From the NCBI GenBank assembly GCA_012269595.1, contig JAAXJX010000027.1:57814-121813 (forward strand): a DNA stretch of 64,000 bases, read 5' to 3'. The first letter of the stretch is position 1, and every line of letters starts with the position of its first letter. This stretch comes from Planctomycetia bacterium. Lineage in GTDB: Bacteria > Planctomycetota > UBA8108 > UBA1146. The translations under genes were made by a program, and so were the position numbers. This document shows, piece after piece, positions 1-9,497 of this stretch. The notes under the pieces were generated by a model that saw only the letters and a list, made by a program, of their open reading frames with translations, was not told the origin of the DNA and did no database searches.

Positions 1-823
1 CAGAAGGCAGGTCGGGCGGAGTTCCGTCACCGGTCCAACCCACCGAAGCGAGATAGTCCCTGACATACTGCTTGTCGAAAGAGGGTGGGCTGGTGCCCAC
101 ACGGTACTCATCAGCGGGCCAATAGCGGGAGGAATCCGCAGTCAACACTTCGTCTGCGAGAACCGGACCTTCGGCGTCCATGCCGAATTCGAATTTGGTA
201 TCGGCGAGGATCAATCCCCGGGTCGCAGCATGTTCACGACCATGGGAGAAGATATCGACCGACAATTGCTTCAGGTGTGCCATCAGGTCATGACCCACCA
301 TCTCGCCGGCCTTCTCGATGGAAATATTCTCATCGTGACCGTCGTGATTCTTGGCTGCCGGGGTGAAGATGGGATCGTCGATCCGATCCGCTTGCTGAAG
401 ACCTTCCGGCAAGGGAATACCGCAGATGGAACCGGTGGCCTGGTAGTCTTTCCAACCACTTCCCACCACGAATCCGCGGACCACACATTCCACAGGGATC
501 ATGTCCAGTTTCTTGACCAGCATTGCCCGGGGTCCCCACTCCTCTGCCGCACTGCGGAAAGGTTCGGGGAAGTCTGCCGGATTGGTCGAAACCAGATGAT
601 GACGAATCTCCGAAGGGAGACGCTCCAGCCACCAGCGAGTGAGCTGGGTCAGAATGGCTCCTTTTTCGGGAATGCCCTGGGGCAAAACTACGTCGTAAGC
701 ACTGACGCGATCACTGGTCACCAACAGAAGATGGTCACCCAAATCAAAAATGTCGCGAACCTTTCCGCGCAGGATCGGTTCATGTCCGGGAACGCTAATC
801 TCCCGTATAGCAGTTGGATGCAC
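1..823 (-). CDS. purC: phosphoribosylaminoimidazole-succinocarboxamide synthase (SAICAR synthetase), 3' end truncated by the window edge
   Basis: The minus-strand translation reads ...LRGKVRDIFDLGDHLLLVTSDRVSAYDVVLPQGIPEKG...LILADTKFEFG...DEVLTADSSRYWPADEY...SFDKQYVRDYL, which are classic PurC motifs. GTG start around 823. The listed + ORF 230..838 is antisense to this. Confidence 0.9.
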   Translation of the reverse strand, partial: MHPTAIREISVPGHEPILRGKVRDIFDLGDHLLLVTSDRVSAYDVVLPQGIPEKGAILTQLTRWWLERLPSEIRHHLVSTNPADFPEPFRSAAEEWGPRAMLVKKLDMIPVECVVRGFVVGSGWKDYQATGSICGIPLPEGLQQADRIDDPIFTPAAKNHDGHDENISIEKAGEMVGHDLMAHLKQLSVDIFSHGREHAATRGLILADTKFEFGMDAEGPVLADEVLTADSSRYWPADEYRVGTSPPSFDKQYVRDYLASVGWTGDGTPPDLPS

Positions 824-946
824 GTGGATCCTTTCTGATGATTCAAAGAGAGCCGGGATCGGGGGAACCGGTCCCGCCTGACCCAAGCCACAGAGTACCC
901 CTCTCGGGGACGACTTCCACCCCTGACGACACGGAATCCGGCGGGA

Positions 947-1927
947 TCATTGCTCCGGGAGCAACCGCTCTCGACTGCCGTCCTCCCGGTGCTTCCAGCG
1001 TTGATGCATCCACAGCCAGTCGGCGGGGTTTTCCCGAACCCAGTGTTCAATTTTTGCACTGACAGCCCGTGTGGCCCCGTCGATATGTTGGCGGAGATCC
1101 TCCCCCTCTGGCAGGTCGGCGATTTCACAGTGCATGCGATAGCGGACCCCTTCCTCGAGTCTGCGGGCATGGAGGTACACCACGGGAACCCGGTATCGAC
1201 GCTGAAGGACCCCCACCACAGGAAGAGTTCCGGCCTCCCGACCAAGGAAGGGGACATGCAGACCAGCCCGGGTGTTTTGATCGACCAGCATCGCCAGACA
1301 GCGTCCAGCGCGAAGGGAGCGGCCCATTTCGGGAAGGGCTCCGGATGGGTCGAGGATCCCCGGGACTGTTCCCGATCTCAGCCAGTGCATCATTTTGTGG
1401 ACGTATCCATTTTTGATATGCCTGGACAGGAGATCGATCCTCCAACCCCGATGAACCAGAGTTGGCAGCACGACTTCAAAGGGACCCAGATGTCCGCTGA
1501 CGAGCAAAAAGGGCTCACCGGCCCGGTGCCGACGCTCAATCTCTTCCCACGGCCCCACCCAATCGATGCGCCCATGGAAAGTCGGATCTGCCAGCCAGCG
1601 ACGAATCTGCAAAGCTTCCACCGCCGACAATGCGACTCGCCGCCAGGATTCCCGGGCAACCCTGCGAATCTGGTCATCACTCCAGACATGGCCATAAACA
1701 TGACGCAGGTTACTGAGGGTGACGCGTCGACGCCGACCTGCGAGCCACCAGCCCGGCAATACCAGGCGGCTTGCCAACCAGCAGGCCCACCTTGCCGGCA
1801 GGATTGCCAAAGGCAGAGCAATCAACAGTGAACAGAGTGCCCCCATCAGTGACGCGGGACCAAACTTTTGAGAATGCCGGGGTTGACCCGAAGACTCCGT
1901 CACTCGCCCCCCAGATTCCTCATTCAT
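947..1927 (-). CDS. lipid A biosynthesis lauroyl/myristoyl (Kdo2-lipid IVA) acyltransferase family protein (LpxL/HtrB-like)
   Basis: Minus ORF 947..2113. Membrane-anchor N-terminus followed by LLVSGHLGPFEV (the HX4D-type acyltransferase motif of the HtrB family) and general HtrB-like architecture. The start is trimmed to an internal Met (MNEES..., 1927) because the longest ORF overlaps the divergent downstream gene. An alternative start is at 1846. Confidence 0.7.
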   Translation of the reverse strand: MNEESGGRVTESSGQPRHSQKFGPASLMGALCSLLIALPLAILPARWACWLASRLVLPGWWLAGRRRRVTLSNLRHVYGHVWSDDQIRRVARESWRRVALSAVEALQIRRWLADPTFHGRIDWVGPWEEIERRHRAGEPFLLVSGHLGPFEVVLPTLVHRGWRIDLLSRHIKNGYVHKMMHWLRSGTVPGILDPSGALPEMGRSLRAGRCLAMLVDQNTRAGLHVPFLGREAGTLPVVGVLQRRYRVPVVYLHARRLEEGVRYRMHCEIADLPEGEDLRQHIDGATRAVSAKIEHWVRENPADWLWMHQRWKHREDGSRERLLPEQ

Positions 1928-2016
1928 TGTCGTGAAAATCCAGTCCCATGCGTTCTGTGGACAGTGTAAACTCCCCGTCCCCCCGCCCAATACCATCCCG
2001 AAAGGAAACTTCGAAG

Positions 2017-3036
2017 ATGATTTCCACACTGATTTTGGTGCTGACACTGCAGGTTGCGACAAACCCGACGACTTCGGATGCAGATATTCTGGAACTGGTC
2101 GACGGTTCCTCACTGGTGGGTTCCATTCTCCAGTTCGAAGACGGCGTCTATCGCATGAACATCACTGGAGTCGGCGAGATCGAGATCGCCGCCGAAAAAG
2201 TCAAAGGTCTTCGATTCGGCAAGAAGGCCACTTTGGTCACCGACAATGGCATGTCCATCGAGGGCCTGCTCTCCATGGATGAAAATGGTGAGTGGCGAGT
2301 GACCAACGATCTGCTCGAGACTCGGGTACCGGGGCAAAACCTGGTCGCCATCAACCCCACTCCGGAAACCCCGCCAACCTCGACCCAGAAGGCAACCATT
2401 ACCCTGAATGGTTCGAGAACCTCCGGAAATACGGAGACCACCTCAGCGGTCATGAATCTCGATTACAAGTTTCGATACCTGACCCACCGTTTCGTTTCCA
2501 AGATTGACTGGACCTACGCCGAAGACAATCAGGTGGTCAGCAAGCGCTCCACCGGAGCCGAGTTGAAATACGACTTCTTTCCCGAGGAGGAATGGTTCCT
2601 CTACACCAGCTTCGGGGCAAGGAATGACGGATTTGCCGACCTTTCCCTGAGAACCACTGCCGGTATCGGTGCCGGAATACAAGTCATCGACCGGGAGGAT
2701 CTGACATGGTCAGAGGAAGCGGGAATCTCCGCACTGAATGAAGACTTCAAGGTCGCAGAGGATGATTCTGCCAGCACCCTGCGAGTCGCGGGCAATGCCG
2801 AGTGGACTCTGAGAGAAGGAGATCTGACCGTTTTCCACGATCACACTCTTTTTGTCTCTCTCGACGACCCTGACGACATTCTCGCACAGTCACGACTCGG
2901 TTTGAGAACCCGGGTGGTCGGCGGCTTTTCATTGAATGCCCAGATCAATGCCCGTCACGACAGCAGTCCACCTGCAGGGATCCGTGAGAATGACCTCGAA
3001 TTTCTGCTCGGAGTCGGATACTCAAAATCGTTCTGA
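2017..3036 (+). CDS. outer-membrane beta-barrel protein, DUF481-like (YdiY-type), secreted
   Basis: Signal-peptide-like MISTLILVLTLQVATN from the internal Met at 2017. The body shows alternating amphipathic beta-strand patterns and a C-terminal ...GVGYSKSF ending in Phe, which is an OMP signature. Confidence 0.55.
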   Translation: MISTLILVLTLQVATNPTTSDADILELVDGSSLVGSILQFEDGVYRMNITGVGEIEIAAEKVKGLRFGKKATLVTDNGMSIEGLLSMDENGEWRVTNDLLETRVPGQNLVAINPTPETPPTSTQKATITLNGSRTSGNTETTSAVMNLDYKFRYLTHRFVSKIDWTYAEDNQVVSKRSTGAELKYDFFPEEEWFLYTSFGARNDGFADLSLRTTAGIGAGIQVIDREDLTWSEEAGISALNEDFKVAEDDSASTLRVAGNAEWTLREGDLTVFHDHTLFVSLDDPDDILAQSRLGLRTRVVGGFSLNAQINARHDSSPPAGIRENDLEFLLGVGYSKSF

Positions 3037-3054
3037 AGAACTGCCCAGGAGCAC

Positions 3055-3079
3055 GGATCCCCTTGCCGCAAGGGGATCC
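3055..3079. terminator. perfect 11-bp inverted repeat (GGATCCCCTTG-CCG-CAAGGGGATCC) 19 nt downstream of the OMP gene; candidate U-tract-less terminator or mRNA-stabilising hairpin
   Basis: Read directly from the sequence. A GC-rich 11-bp stem with a 3-nt loop and no following T-run. Confidence 0.35.
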
Positions 3080-3135
3080 GGCGAGACAATAGACGCAGTG
3101 TCAGACTTCAAACTCCTTCACGGTGAGGTGAAACC

Positions 3136-4512
3136 ATGAGCGTCCCCCCAGAATCCCATGCCGGTGCAAGCCAGGATCTGTTTCTCACACAGGGGGAAGA
3201 AAGACTGGAAGACGTCTCACGCCTGCGAGGCATGTTCCCCGACCTCCCGGTCGAGGCCCTCGTCAAAGAGGACCTGCTCCGACTCGGGATCTCCTTCAGC
3301 CCAGAAGCCCTGAAATATTGCGCCGATTTCAAAAGGAAATCCTATTTCATCTTCAGCTTCGACATGGTCCCCATCGATGAGATGGCCCAAGAGGAAAACC
3401 TCAGTGCCCCCGAAGAGATCCAGCTGAATGGCGGAGCATGGGACCTTCGCAGGACGACAGTCTCGGTGAGGGTGAATCCCTACTCGCCATGGCGCGCCGA
3501 TATGGCTGGCGACCAGCTCACACTGAGTTGTGGAGACCAGGCCATCTCGCACATCGATTTGCAACCGGTCCCGGAGTACTACCTGGAAACTCTGGAAAAT
3601 GGACAGCCGGTTCATGAGGTCGCCCCCACCATCGAATGGGGCTACCTGGTGTACCTCACCGTCTACCGCAAATGTCAGTACTTCGGCTTCAAGGAAGAAT
3701 GCCGTTTTTGTGACATCAACGAAAACTACCGACAGCAGGTCAAAGCGGGTCGCCCCTATCGAACCGTGAAGCCCATGGACGAAGTCCTCGAGGCTCTCAG
3801 CATCCTCGATCGGGTCAACTCTCCTTCAAAGGCTTACACCCTGACAGGAGGGTCGGTCACCCGCAGCCTCAAGGGGCAGGGTGAAGCAGAGTTCTACGCC
3901 AACTACGCCCGTGCCATCGAAGAAAAATTCCCCGGTCGCTGGATCCCCAAAGCGGTAACACAGGCTCTGCCAGAAGATGAGCAACAGATTCTGAAGGACG
4001 CCGGGATTCAGATTTACCACCCCAACTACGAGATCTGGGATGAAGAGCTCTTCCCAATTCTGTGTCCTGGAAAAACCGCCTACGTCGGCCGGGACGAATG
4101 GCACCGGCGCATCATTGCCGCCACCGATATCTTTGGTGCCGAGAACGTGATTCCCAACTTTGTAGCCGGAATCGAGATGTCCCGTCCCCATGGATACACC
4201 GACCCGGAACAGGCGGTTGAATCCACCCGCGAAGGCTTGCAGTTCTTCATGAGCCAGGGTGTTTGCCCGAGATTCACGGTGTGGTGTCCGGAGCCTCTGT
4301 CACCGTTGGTGGTCGACCGCAAAAATGCAGGTGAGCTCCAGCCGCCGGCTCCTCTTGAATATCACGCGAGACTGCTGGTTGCCTGGAGGGATTGCCACAA
4401 GGAACACGGCCTGCCGGTACCTCCCGGATACGGACCTCCCGGTGCGGGTAACGCCATCTTCAGCGTTTCCAGTTTCATGGATGTCATCGACGTGGAGACG
4501 GACGGGAACTAG
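3136..4512 (+). CDS. hypothetical protein with a radical-SAM-like core and a non-canonical Cys motif (CX8CX2C)
   Basis: 458-aa ORF with an RBS-like GGTGAGG upstream. It contains ...YRKCQYFGFKEECRFCDINENY..., and about 45 residues later a Gly-rich YTLTGGSVT (GGE-like) element and a later VAGIE segment. This arrangement resembles a radical-SAM half-barrel, but the Cys spacing is not CX3CX2C. The first ~180 aa are a domain I do not recognise. The existence of the CDS is confident; the function is not. Confidence 0.55.
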   Translation: MSVPPESHAGASQDLFLTQGEERLEDVSRLRGMFPDLPVEALVKEDLLRLGISFSPEALKYCADFKRKSYFIFSFDMVPIDEMAQEENLSAPEEIQLNGGAWDLRRTTVSVRVNPYSPWRADMAGDQLTLSCGDQAISHIDLQPVPEYYLETLENGQPVHEVAPTIEWGYLVYLTVYRKCQYFGFKEECRFCDINENYRQQVKAGRPYRTVKPMDEVLEALSILDRVNSPSKAYTLTGGSVTRSLKGQGEAEFYANYARAIEEKFPGRWIPKAVTQALPEDEQQILKDAGIQIYHPNYEIWDEELFPILCPGKTAYVGRDEWHRRIIAATDIFGAENVIPNFVAGIEMSRPHGYTDPEQAVESTREGLQFFMSQGVCPRFTVWCPEPLSPLVVDRKNAGELQPPAPLEYHARLLVAWRDCHKEHGLPVPPGYGPPGAGNAIFSVSSFMDVIDVETDGN

Positions 4513-5702
4513 CGATCTTCCAGAACGGGGTAGCCCGTTTGGGCATCGATCCTCAGGACAGATTGGCCCGACAGGAATGCAACAATCCGCTCACCGAAGA
4601 GTTCTCCTCGCCAGCCACTGAGAAGTTTCAGTGATTCGGACTGGGTCTCTCCCGCGGCCTTTGCCCGGATCAGGTCTTCCACATCAGCATTGTTTCCGAC
4701 CAGGGGCGGTGCAATCCGCTCTGCCCTGCACAAGGCTCGTAGAGCAGACGTTGCCAACTCCAGGGCGGCTTCCTCTTCCGGATCCAATCGACGTCTGCGC
4801 TTGATCTCCGGAATATCAGCGGCGGGAATCGATCGGCCTCTCGAAATCGCTTTCAGGATGCCATCGCCATACCGACGGGCATCCCGGGAATCCAGTCCCC
4901 GAAGGGATCTCAGGGATTCGGAATTGGCAGGAGCCCTGCGTGCCAACTCGACGAGAATTTCGTCGGGAAGAATCCTGCGACGGGGACGATCCTGGCGACT
5001 CGCCTCGGATTCACGCCACTCGTAGAGAAATCCGAGTTGGGACAAGCCCCTCGCATCGAGGCTTCCGGACCTTTTGACCTTCTTCAGACTCGCTTCTACC
5101 GGCGGGTGGTAGGTTTCCCTGCGATCGTACTTTTCCATCTCCGCCAAAGCCCAGTTCAGACGATTTTCCGATCCCAGCTTCTCAGTCAAGGCATCGTGCA
5201 AGGGGATCAAATGGCGAACGTCATCGATGGCGTAGGATTCCTGATTCGAGGTCAGGGGCCGCTTGAGCCAATCGGTCCACGACTCCCCCTTCTCGACAAA
5301 TTTTCCCAGAATACGCTCACAGGTAACAGAGTAGGCCGGCTGCAATCCCAGCCCGAGAAAGGCTGCGGCGATCTGGGTGTCAAAGACGTTGGCCGGGGTT
5401 TCACCCGATTCCAGCTCCATGATTTCCATGTCCTGCCCACCGGCATGAACGATCTTGACGATGTTCTCGTCGCAAACCGTTTCCAGGATGGGATCAAGGG
5501 AAATCTCGGTGAGAGGATCGATCAAACGCAGTTCTTCACCAACAGAGATTTGAATCAATGCGAGTTTGGGGAAGTAGGATTTTTCCCGAATGAATTCCAG
5601 GTCGATTCCATAACGGCCGTCACTGCGGGCCTGAGACATGAAGTCGTTCAGGGCCGCAGTCGATCGGAGATAGAAATCTGTGGAATCACCCACGTGTTTC
5701 AC
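4509..5702 (-). CDS. rnd: ribonuclease D (3'-5' exonuclease domain plus HRDC domain)
   Basis: DEDDy exonuclease motifs (IGIDLEF..., ...KIVHAGGQDMEIM...) and a C-terminal HRDC-like region. Its stop overlaps the convergent upstream gene's stop in the tetranucleotide CTAG. Confidence 0.85.
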   Translation of the reverse strand: MKHVGDSTDFYLRSTAALNDFMSQARSDGRYGIDLEFIREKSYFPKLALIQISVGEELRLIDPLTEISLDPILETVCDENIVKIVHAGGQDMEIMELESGETPANVFDTQIAAAFLGLGLQPAYSVTCERILGKFVEKGESWTDWLKRPLTSNQESYAIDDVRHLIPLHDALTEKLGSENRLNWALAEMEKYDRRETYHPPVEASLKKVKRSGSLDARGLSQLGFLYEWRESEASRQDRPRRRILPDEILVELARRAPANSESLRSLRGLDSRDARRYGDGILKAISRGRSIPAADIPEIKRRRRLDPEEEAALELATSALRALCRAERIAPPLVGNNADVEDLIRAKAAGETQSESLKLLSGWRGELFGERIVAFLSGQSVLRIDAQTGYPVLEDR

Positions 5703-5709
5703 CCATTTC

Positions 5710-8700
5710 TCAAGAGTCCGCGAATGCCCGGCGAATCAGATCTTCCTGTTCTCGATCATGGACCGATTTGGATCCGCTGGCCGGGCTCGCACTCCAGGCT
5801 CGACCGATGTATGTCACTCTGCGTCCGCCAGCGAGGAAACCGCCATCACGATCCCGAAGGAAGGACCATGCTCCCATGTTTCGGGGTTCATCCTGCACCC
5901 AACGGACATCGCAATCCTCAGGAAGCGACTGCATCACAGCCTGCAATGCGGTGCGCGGGAATGGGTAGAACTGTTCGAGCCTGACGATCAGGACGTCATT
6001 GGCTTCGCGGGAGGCCCGCTCCTGCAACAGGTCGTAAATCACCCGACCTGAAGCGATCAGTACCTTGCGAATGTGGGCACCTGGCTGACCGTCGACAAGG
6101 ACTTCCTGGAAACCACGATCCGTAAACTCCGGAGCAGTGCTGCGCGCTGCCGGGAGTCTCAAGAGACCTTTCGGAGTCAAGACGATCAGGGGCTTCTTGA
6201 CGGTTTCATGAACCTGCCTGCGGAGAGTGTGGAAGTATTGCGCAGCATTACTCGGCTGCACCACACGCAAATTGCCCTCTGCACACAGCTGAAGGAATCG
6301 CTCCAGTCTGGCGCTGGAATGTTCCGGTCCCTGTCCCTCGTATCCGTGTGGCAATAGCAGGGTCAGATTGGAGGTCTGGCGCCACTTTTCTTCCGCACTG
6401 GAAATGTATTGATCGATGATGACCTGTGCACCATTGGAGAAGTCACCAAACTGTGCCTCCCAAAGGGTCAGGGACTCCGGAGCCTGTACGCTGTATCCGT
6501 AATCGAATCCCAGCACTCCAAACTCGGAAAGCAGTGAATTGTAAACCTGGAAGGGAGCCTTGGCGCCAGTGATGTGAGCCAGGGGAACGTGTCGGAGTCC
6601 CGTGTCCACATCGGTTAGTTCAGCGTGACGTTGACTGAATGTTCCACGCCCACTGTCCTCTCCGGAAAGTCTCACCGGCGATCCCTCGCGAACCAGGGAG
6701 CCGAAGGCACACAACTCAGCAAGTCCCCAATCGATGGCACCGGATCGCGCCAACTCCAGACGACGCTGGAACTGGTTCAGCAACTTCGGATGCAACTGGA
6801 ATCGATCCGGGGTCCTCGTGACCTCTGCCAGTAGCAGTTCCAGTTCCTCAGCGGTGACCGCCGTCGAAATCGAAGGTGAAGCCACTCCCTCAGTTTCTTC
6901 ATTGTCCGGGCGAGTAGTGACCGTTCTTTCTGCGGCAACCGTCTCTTTTACAGACTTGAGGGAGTCATTCAGAATCGTCTGGAACTCGGAAAGCATCTGC
7001 TCAGCGGTTTCAAGATCGATTTCCTCCCGCGCCAACAGTCGTTCAGTAGCCAGTTTTCGCACCGAGCGGTGACTTTCGATTTTGGCTGTCATCAGAGGCT
7101 GGGTGTAACCTGGCTCGTCACCTTCATTGTGACCCCAGCGACGATAGCCCACCAAATCGATGAAGACATCCTTGCCAAACTTGTGGCGGTATTCAAAAGC
7201 GAGGCGAATCATGCGCACGACCATTTGCGGGTGATCCGCATTGACGTGGAAAACAGGTGCCTCGATGGATTTGGCCAAATCAGTGCAATAGCGACTGGAG
7301 CGCCCCTCGCCGGGCGAGGTGGTAAATCCGATCTGGTTGTTGATCACCAGATGCACCGATCCGCCGGTGGCGTAACCGTCCAACTGAGACATGTTGAGGG
7401 TCTCGTAGGTCACTCCCTGACCAGCAAGAGCGGCATCTCCATGAATCAACAGGGGCAACACGTTTCGTTGCTCGGTATTCCGATCCTGAAGCGCTCTGGC
7501 CATACCGGTCACTACAGGGCAAACCGATTCCAAATGACTGGGATTGCTGGCGAGGGTTACACGAACCGGACCGCCACCGTTGCCGTGATACTCACCACTG
7601 GCTCCGAGGTGATACTTCACATCGCCGGAGCCTTCGGGAGTTTCGGAATCAAAGTCCTCAAACTCCTCAAAGACCTGCTGCAGAGATTTGCCCAGAATGT
7701 TGACGAGGACATTCAATCTGCCCCTGTGAGCCATCCCCAGGAAAACGTCCTGAACTCCATGAGAAGAGCAACAGGAAAGAATGGCATCCAGTGCAGGAAT
7801 CAGGGCTTCAGTGCCCTCAAGGCTGAATCGTTTCGCCCCCACGTAACTGGAGTGAAGGAACTTTTCAAACGCTTCCGCCTCGTTGAGTTTTTTCAGAATG
7901 TGAAGCTTTTCATCGATGGTCAGATCTTCATGGTTTTCGGTCTGCTCCATCCGATCCTGAAGCCAGTTGCGTTCTTCTGAATCAGAAATATGGGCAAACT
8001 CAACTCCCACGTATCCCGTGTAGGTACGACGCAGGATGTCGATGATTTCTCTCAGTTGACGGGGTCTCTCCTGTCCTGCCACTCCTCCACAAAGGAATGA
8101 ACGATCCAGGTCCCAAATGCTGAGCCCGTAACTGCTCAGTTCAAGATCCGGATCAGGTGCGGGACTTCCCCCCAGAGGATCGAGGTGCGCAACGCGGTGC
8201 CCCCGTGTGCGGTAGGCTTCGACCAGTTGCAAAACCTTGGCCTGTCGATAGGCAAGCGAGTTCGTATCCTCTGCACTGCCCGAAGAAACTTCTTCCTGAG
8301 ACCACTGGTAGGGTTCGTGAGGAACATCCAACTCTTCGAAAATCTGCTCGTAAAAGCGATCTTCACCCAGGAGGTACTTCTCCACCGTTGCAAGGAATGC
8401 GCCTGAAGCAGCCCCCTGAATCACCCGGTGGTCATAAGTGCTGGTCAGAGTCATGACCTTGGAAAGCCCCAATGCCCCTACCTGATTCGGCGACATCCCT
8501 GCGCAGGACGGGGGGTATTCAATGGATCCGATGCCAAAGATGGCACCCTGTTCGGCCATCAATCTGGGGACAGACATCGTCGTTCCCAGCATCCCCGGAT
8601 TCGTGATTGAAACAGAAGTCCCGGCAAAGTCATCCATCGTCAGCTTGCTGCGGCGAGCGCGCGAAACGAGATCATTGTAGGACGCAAGAAACTTGCGGAA

Positions 8701-9360
8701 CCCCATCGTTTCTGCGGCCTTGATATTTGGAACCACCAGAGACCGCTGGCCTCTTCGTTCGACGTCGACAGCGATTCCGATATGGGTATGCTCCCGTGTG
8801 ATCTGATGGGGAACACCATCCACATACTTGAATCCGTGATTCATGCCGGGGTGCTTTGCCAAACCCCTGACCAGAGCAAAAGCGATGATATGGGTGAAGG
8901 ACACCTTCGGACGGGCCCATGCCAATTGGTGTTCATTGATGATCTTGCGATTTTCCTCCAGCAGACGAACGGGAACACTGCGAACCGTCGTGGCTGTGGG
9001 AACGTCCGTACTCTCCTGCATGTTCTCGGCGATCTTGCCAGCGACACCCTTGAGGGGTTCGAGAACCGGATCCGCAGATTCGGAGACAGCTGGCTCCGAG
9101 GCGACCGGCTTTTGCGGCGCTGATTCCCGGGTGGCTGTCGAACCTCCCCCGGCAGAACGAATCACCTGTGAAGGTTGCGGAAGAGGATCCTGAGAGCGAG
9201 TTTCAGACCCTTTGCTCAAAGAGTCTGAAGCGGAGGCTTCATATCCATCAAAAAACTCTCTCCAGGCGGCACTGACACTGGCAGGGTCACGCCTGAACTG
9301 CTCATAAAGAGCATCCACATATCCCGAGTTTGATCCAAAACGATCCACGAGACCTCCCAT
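5710..9360 (-). CDS. sucA: 2-oxoglutarate dehydrogenase E1 component with an N-terminal fused E2 (succinyltransferase) catalytic domain (Kgd/OdhA type)
   Basis: 1216 aa. The N-terminus MGGLVDRFGSNSGYVDALYEQF...DPASV...W..FF is SucA-like. Residues ~130-330 carry the 2-oxoacid dehydrogenase acyltransferase catalytic domain (...FTHIIAFALVRGL...DDFAGTSVSITNPGMLGTTMSVPRLMAEQGAIFGIGSI...). The E1o ThDP-binding region and transketolase-like domains follow. Confidence 0.9.
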   Translation of the reverse strand: MGGLVDRFGSNSGYVDALYEQFRRDPASVSAAWREFFDGYEASASDSLSKGSETRSQDPLPQPSQVIRSAGGGSTATRESAPQKPVASEPAVSESADPVLEPLKGVAGKIAENMQESTDVPTATTVRSVPVRLLEENRKIINEHQLAWARPKVSFTHIIAFALVRGLAKHPGMNHGFKYVDGVPHQITREHTHIGIAVDVERRGQRSLVVPNIKAAETMGFRKFLASYNDLVSRARRSKLTMDDFAGTSVSITNPGMLGTTMSVPRLMAEQGAIFGIGSIEYPPSCAGMSPNQVGALGLSKVMTLTSTYDHRVIQGAASGAFLATVEKYLLGEDRFYEQIFEELDVPHEPYQWSQEEVSSGSAEDTNSLAYRQAKVLQLVEAYRTRGHRVAHLDPLGGSPAPDPDLELSSYGLSIWDLDRSFLCGGVAGQERPRQLREIIDILRRTYTGYVGVEFAHISDSEERNWLQDRMEQTENHEDLTIDEKLHILKKLNEAEAFEKFLHSSYVGAKRFSLEGTEALIPALDAILSCCSSHGVQDVFLGMAHRGRLNVLVNILGKSLQQVFEEFEDFDSETPEGSGDVKYHLGASGEYHGNGGGPVRVTLASNPSHLESVCPVVTGMARALQDRNTEQRNVLPLLIHGDAALAGQGVTYETLNMSQLDGYATGGSVHLVINNQIGFTTSPGEGRSSRYCTDLAKSIEAPVFHVNADHPQMVVRMIRLAFEYRHKFGKDVFIDLVGYRRWGHNEGDEPGYTQPLMTAKIESHRSVRKLATERLLAREEIDLETAEQMLSEFQTILNDSLKSVKETVAAERTVTTRPDNEETEGVASPSISTAVTAEELELLLAEVTRTPDRFQLHPKLLNQFQRRLELARSGAIDWGLAELCAFGSLVREGSPVRLSGEDSGRGTFSQRHAELTDVDTGLRHVPLAHITGAKAPFQVYNSLLSEFGVLGFDYGYSVQAPESLTLWEAQFGDFSNGAQVIIDQYISSAEEKWRQTSNLTLLLPHGYEGQGPEHSSARLERFLQLCAEGNLRVVQPSNAAQYFHTLRRQVHETVKKPLIVLTPKGLLRLPAARSTAPEFTDRGFQEVLVDGQPGAHIRKVLIASGRVIYDLLQERASREANDVLIVRLEQFYPFPRTALQAVMQSLPEDCDVRWVQDEPRNMGAWSFLRDRDGGFLAGGRRVTYIGRAWSASPASGSKSVHDREQEDLIRRAFADS

Positions 9361-9497
9361 GAACAGGAAAGAGGCGATTGCCGGTCCAACGACCGACAGG
9401 AGCAGGATTCCGGCCCCAATGAGATGCTAGGACTCAGGTTTTCAGCGTCAAGAAGACCGGAGGAGAACCCGGGAGATATCTGCAAAAATAAGGAGGA

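Noticed and set aside
1948-2113. Longest-ORF starts for the divergent pair at 947..2113 (minus) and 1948..3036 (plus), which would overlap by 166 nt
   Set aside because: Both have better internal Met starts (1927 and 2017) that give a signal-peptide or membrane-anchor N-terminus and remove the overlap. The long N-terminal extensions are Arg/Pro/Ser-rich and look like translated non-coding DNA.
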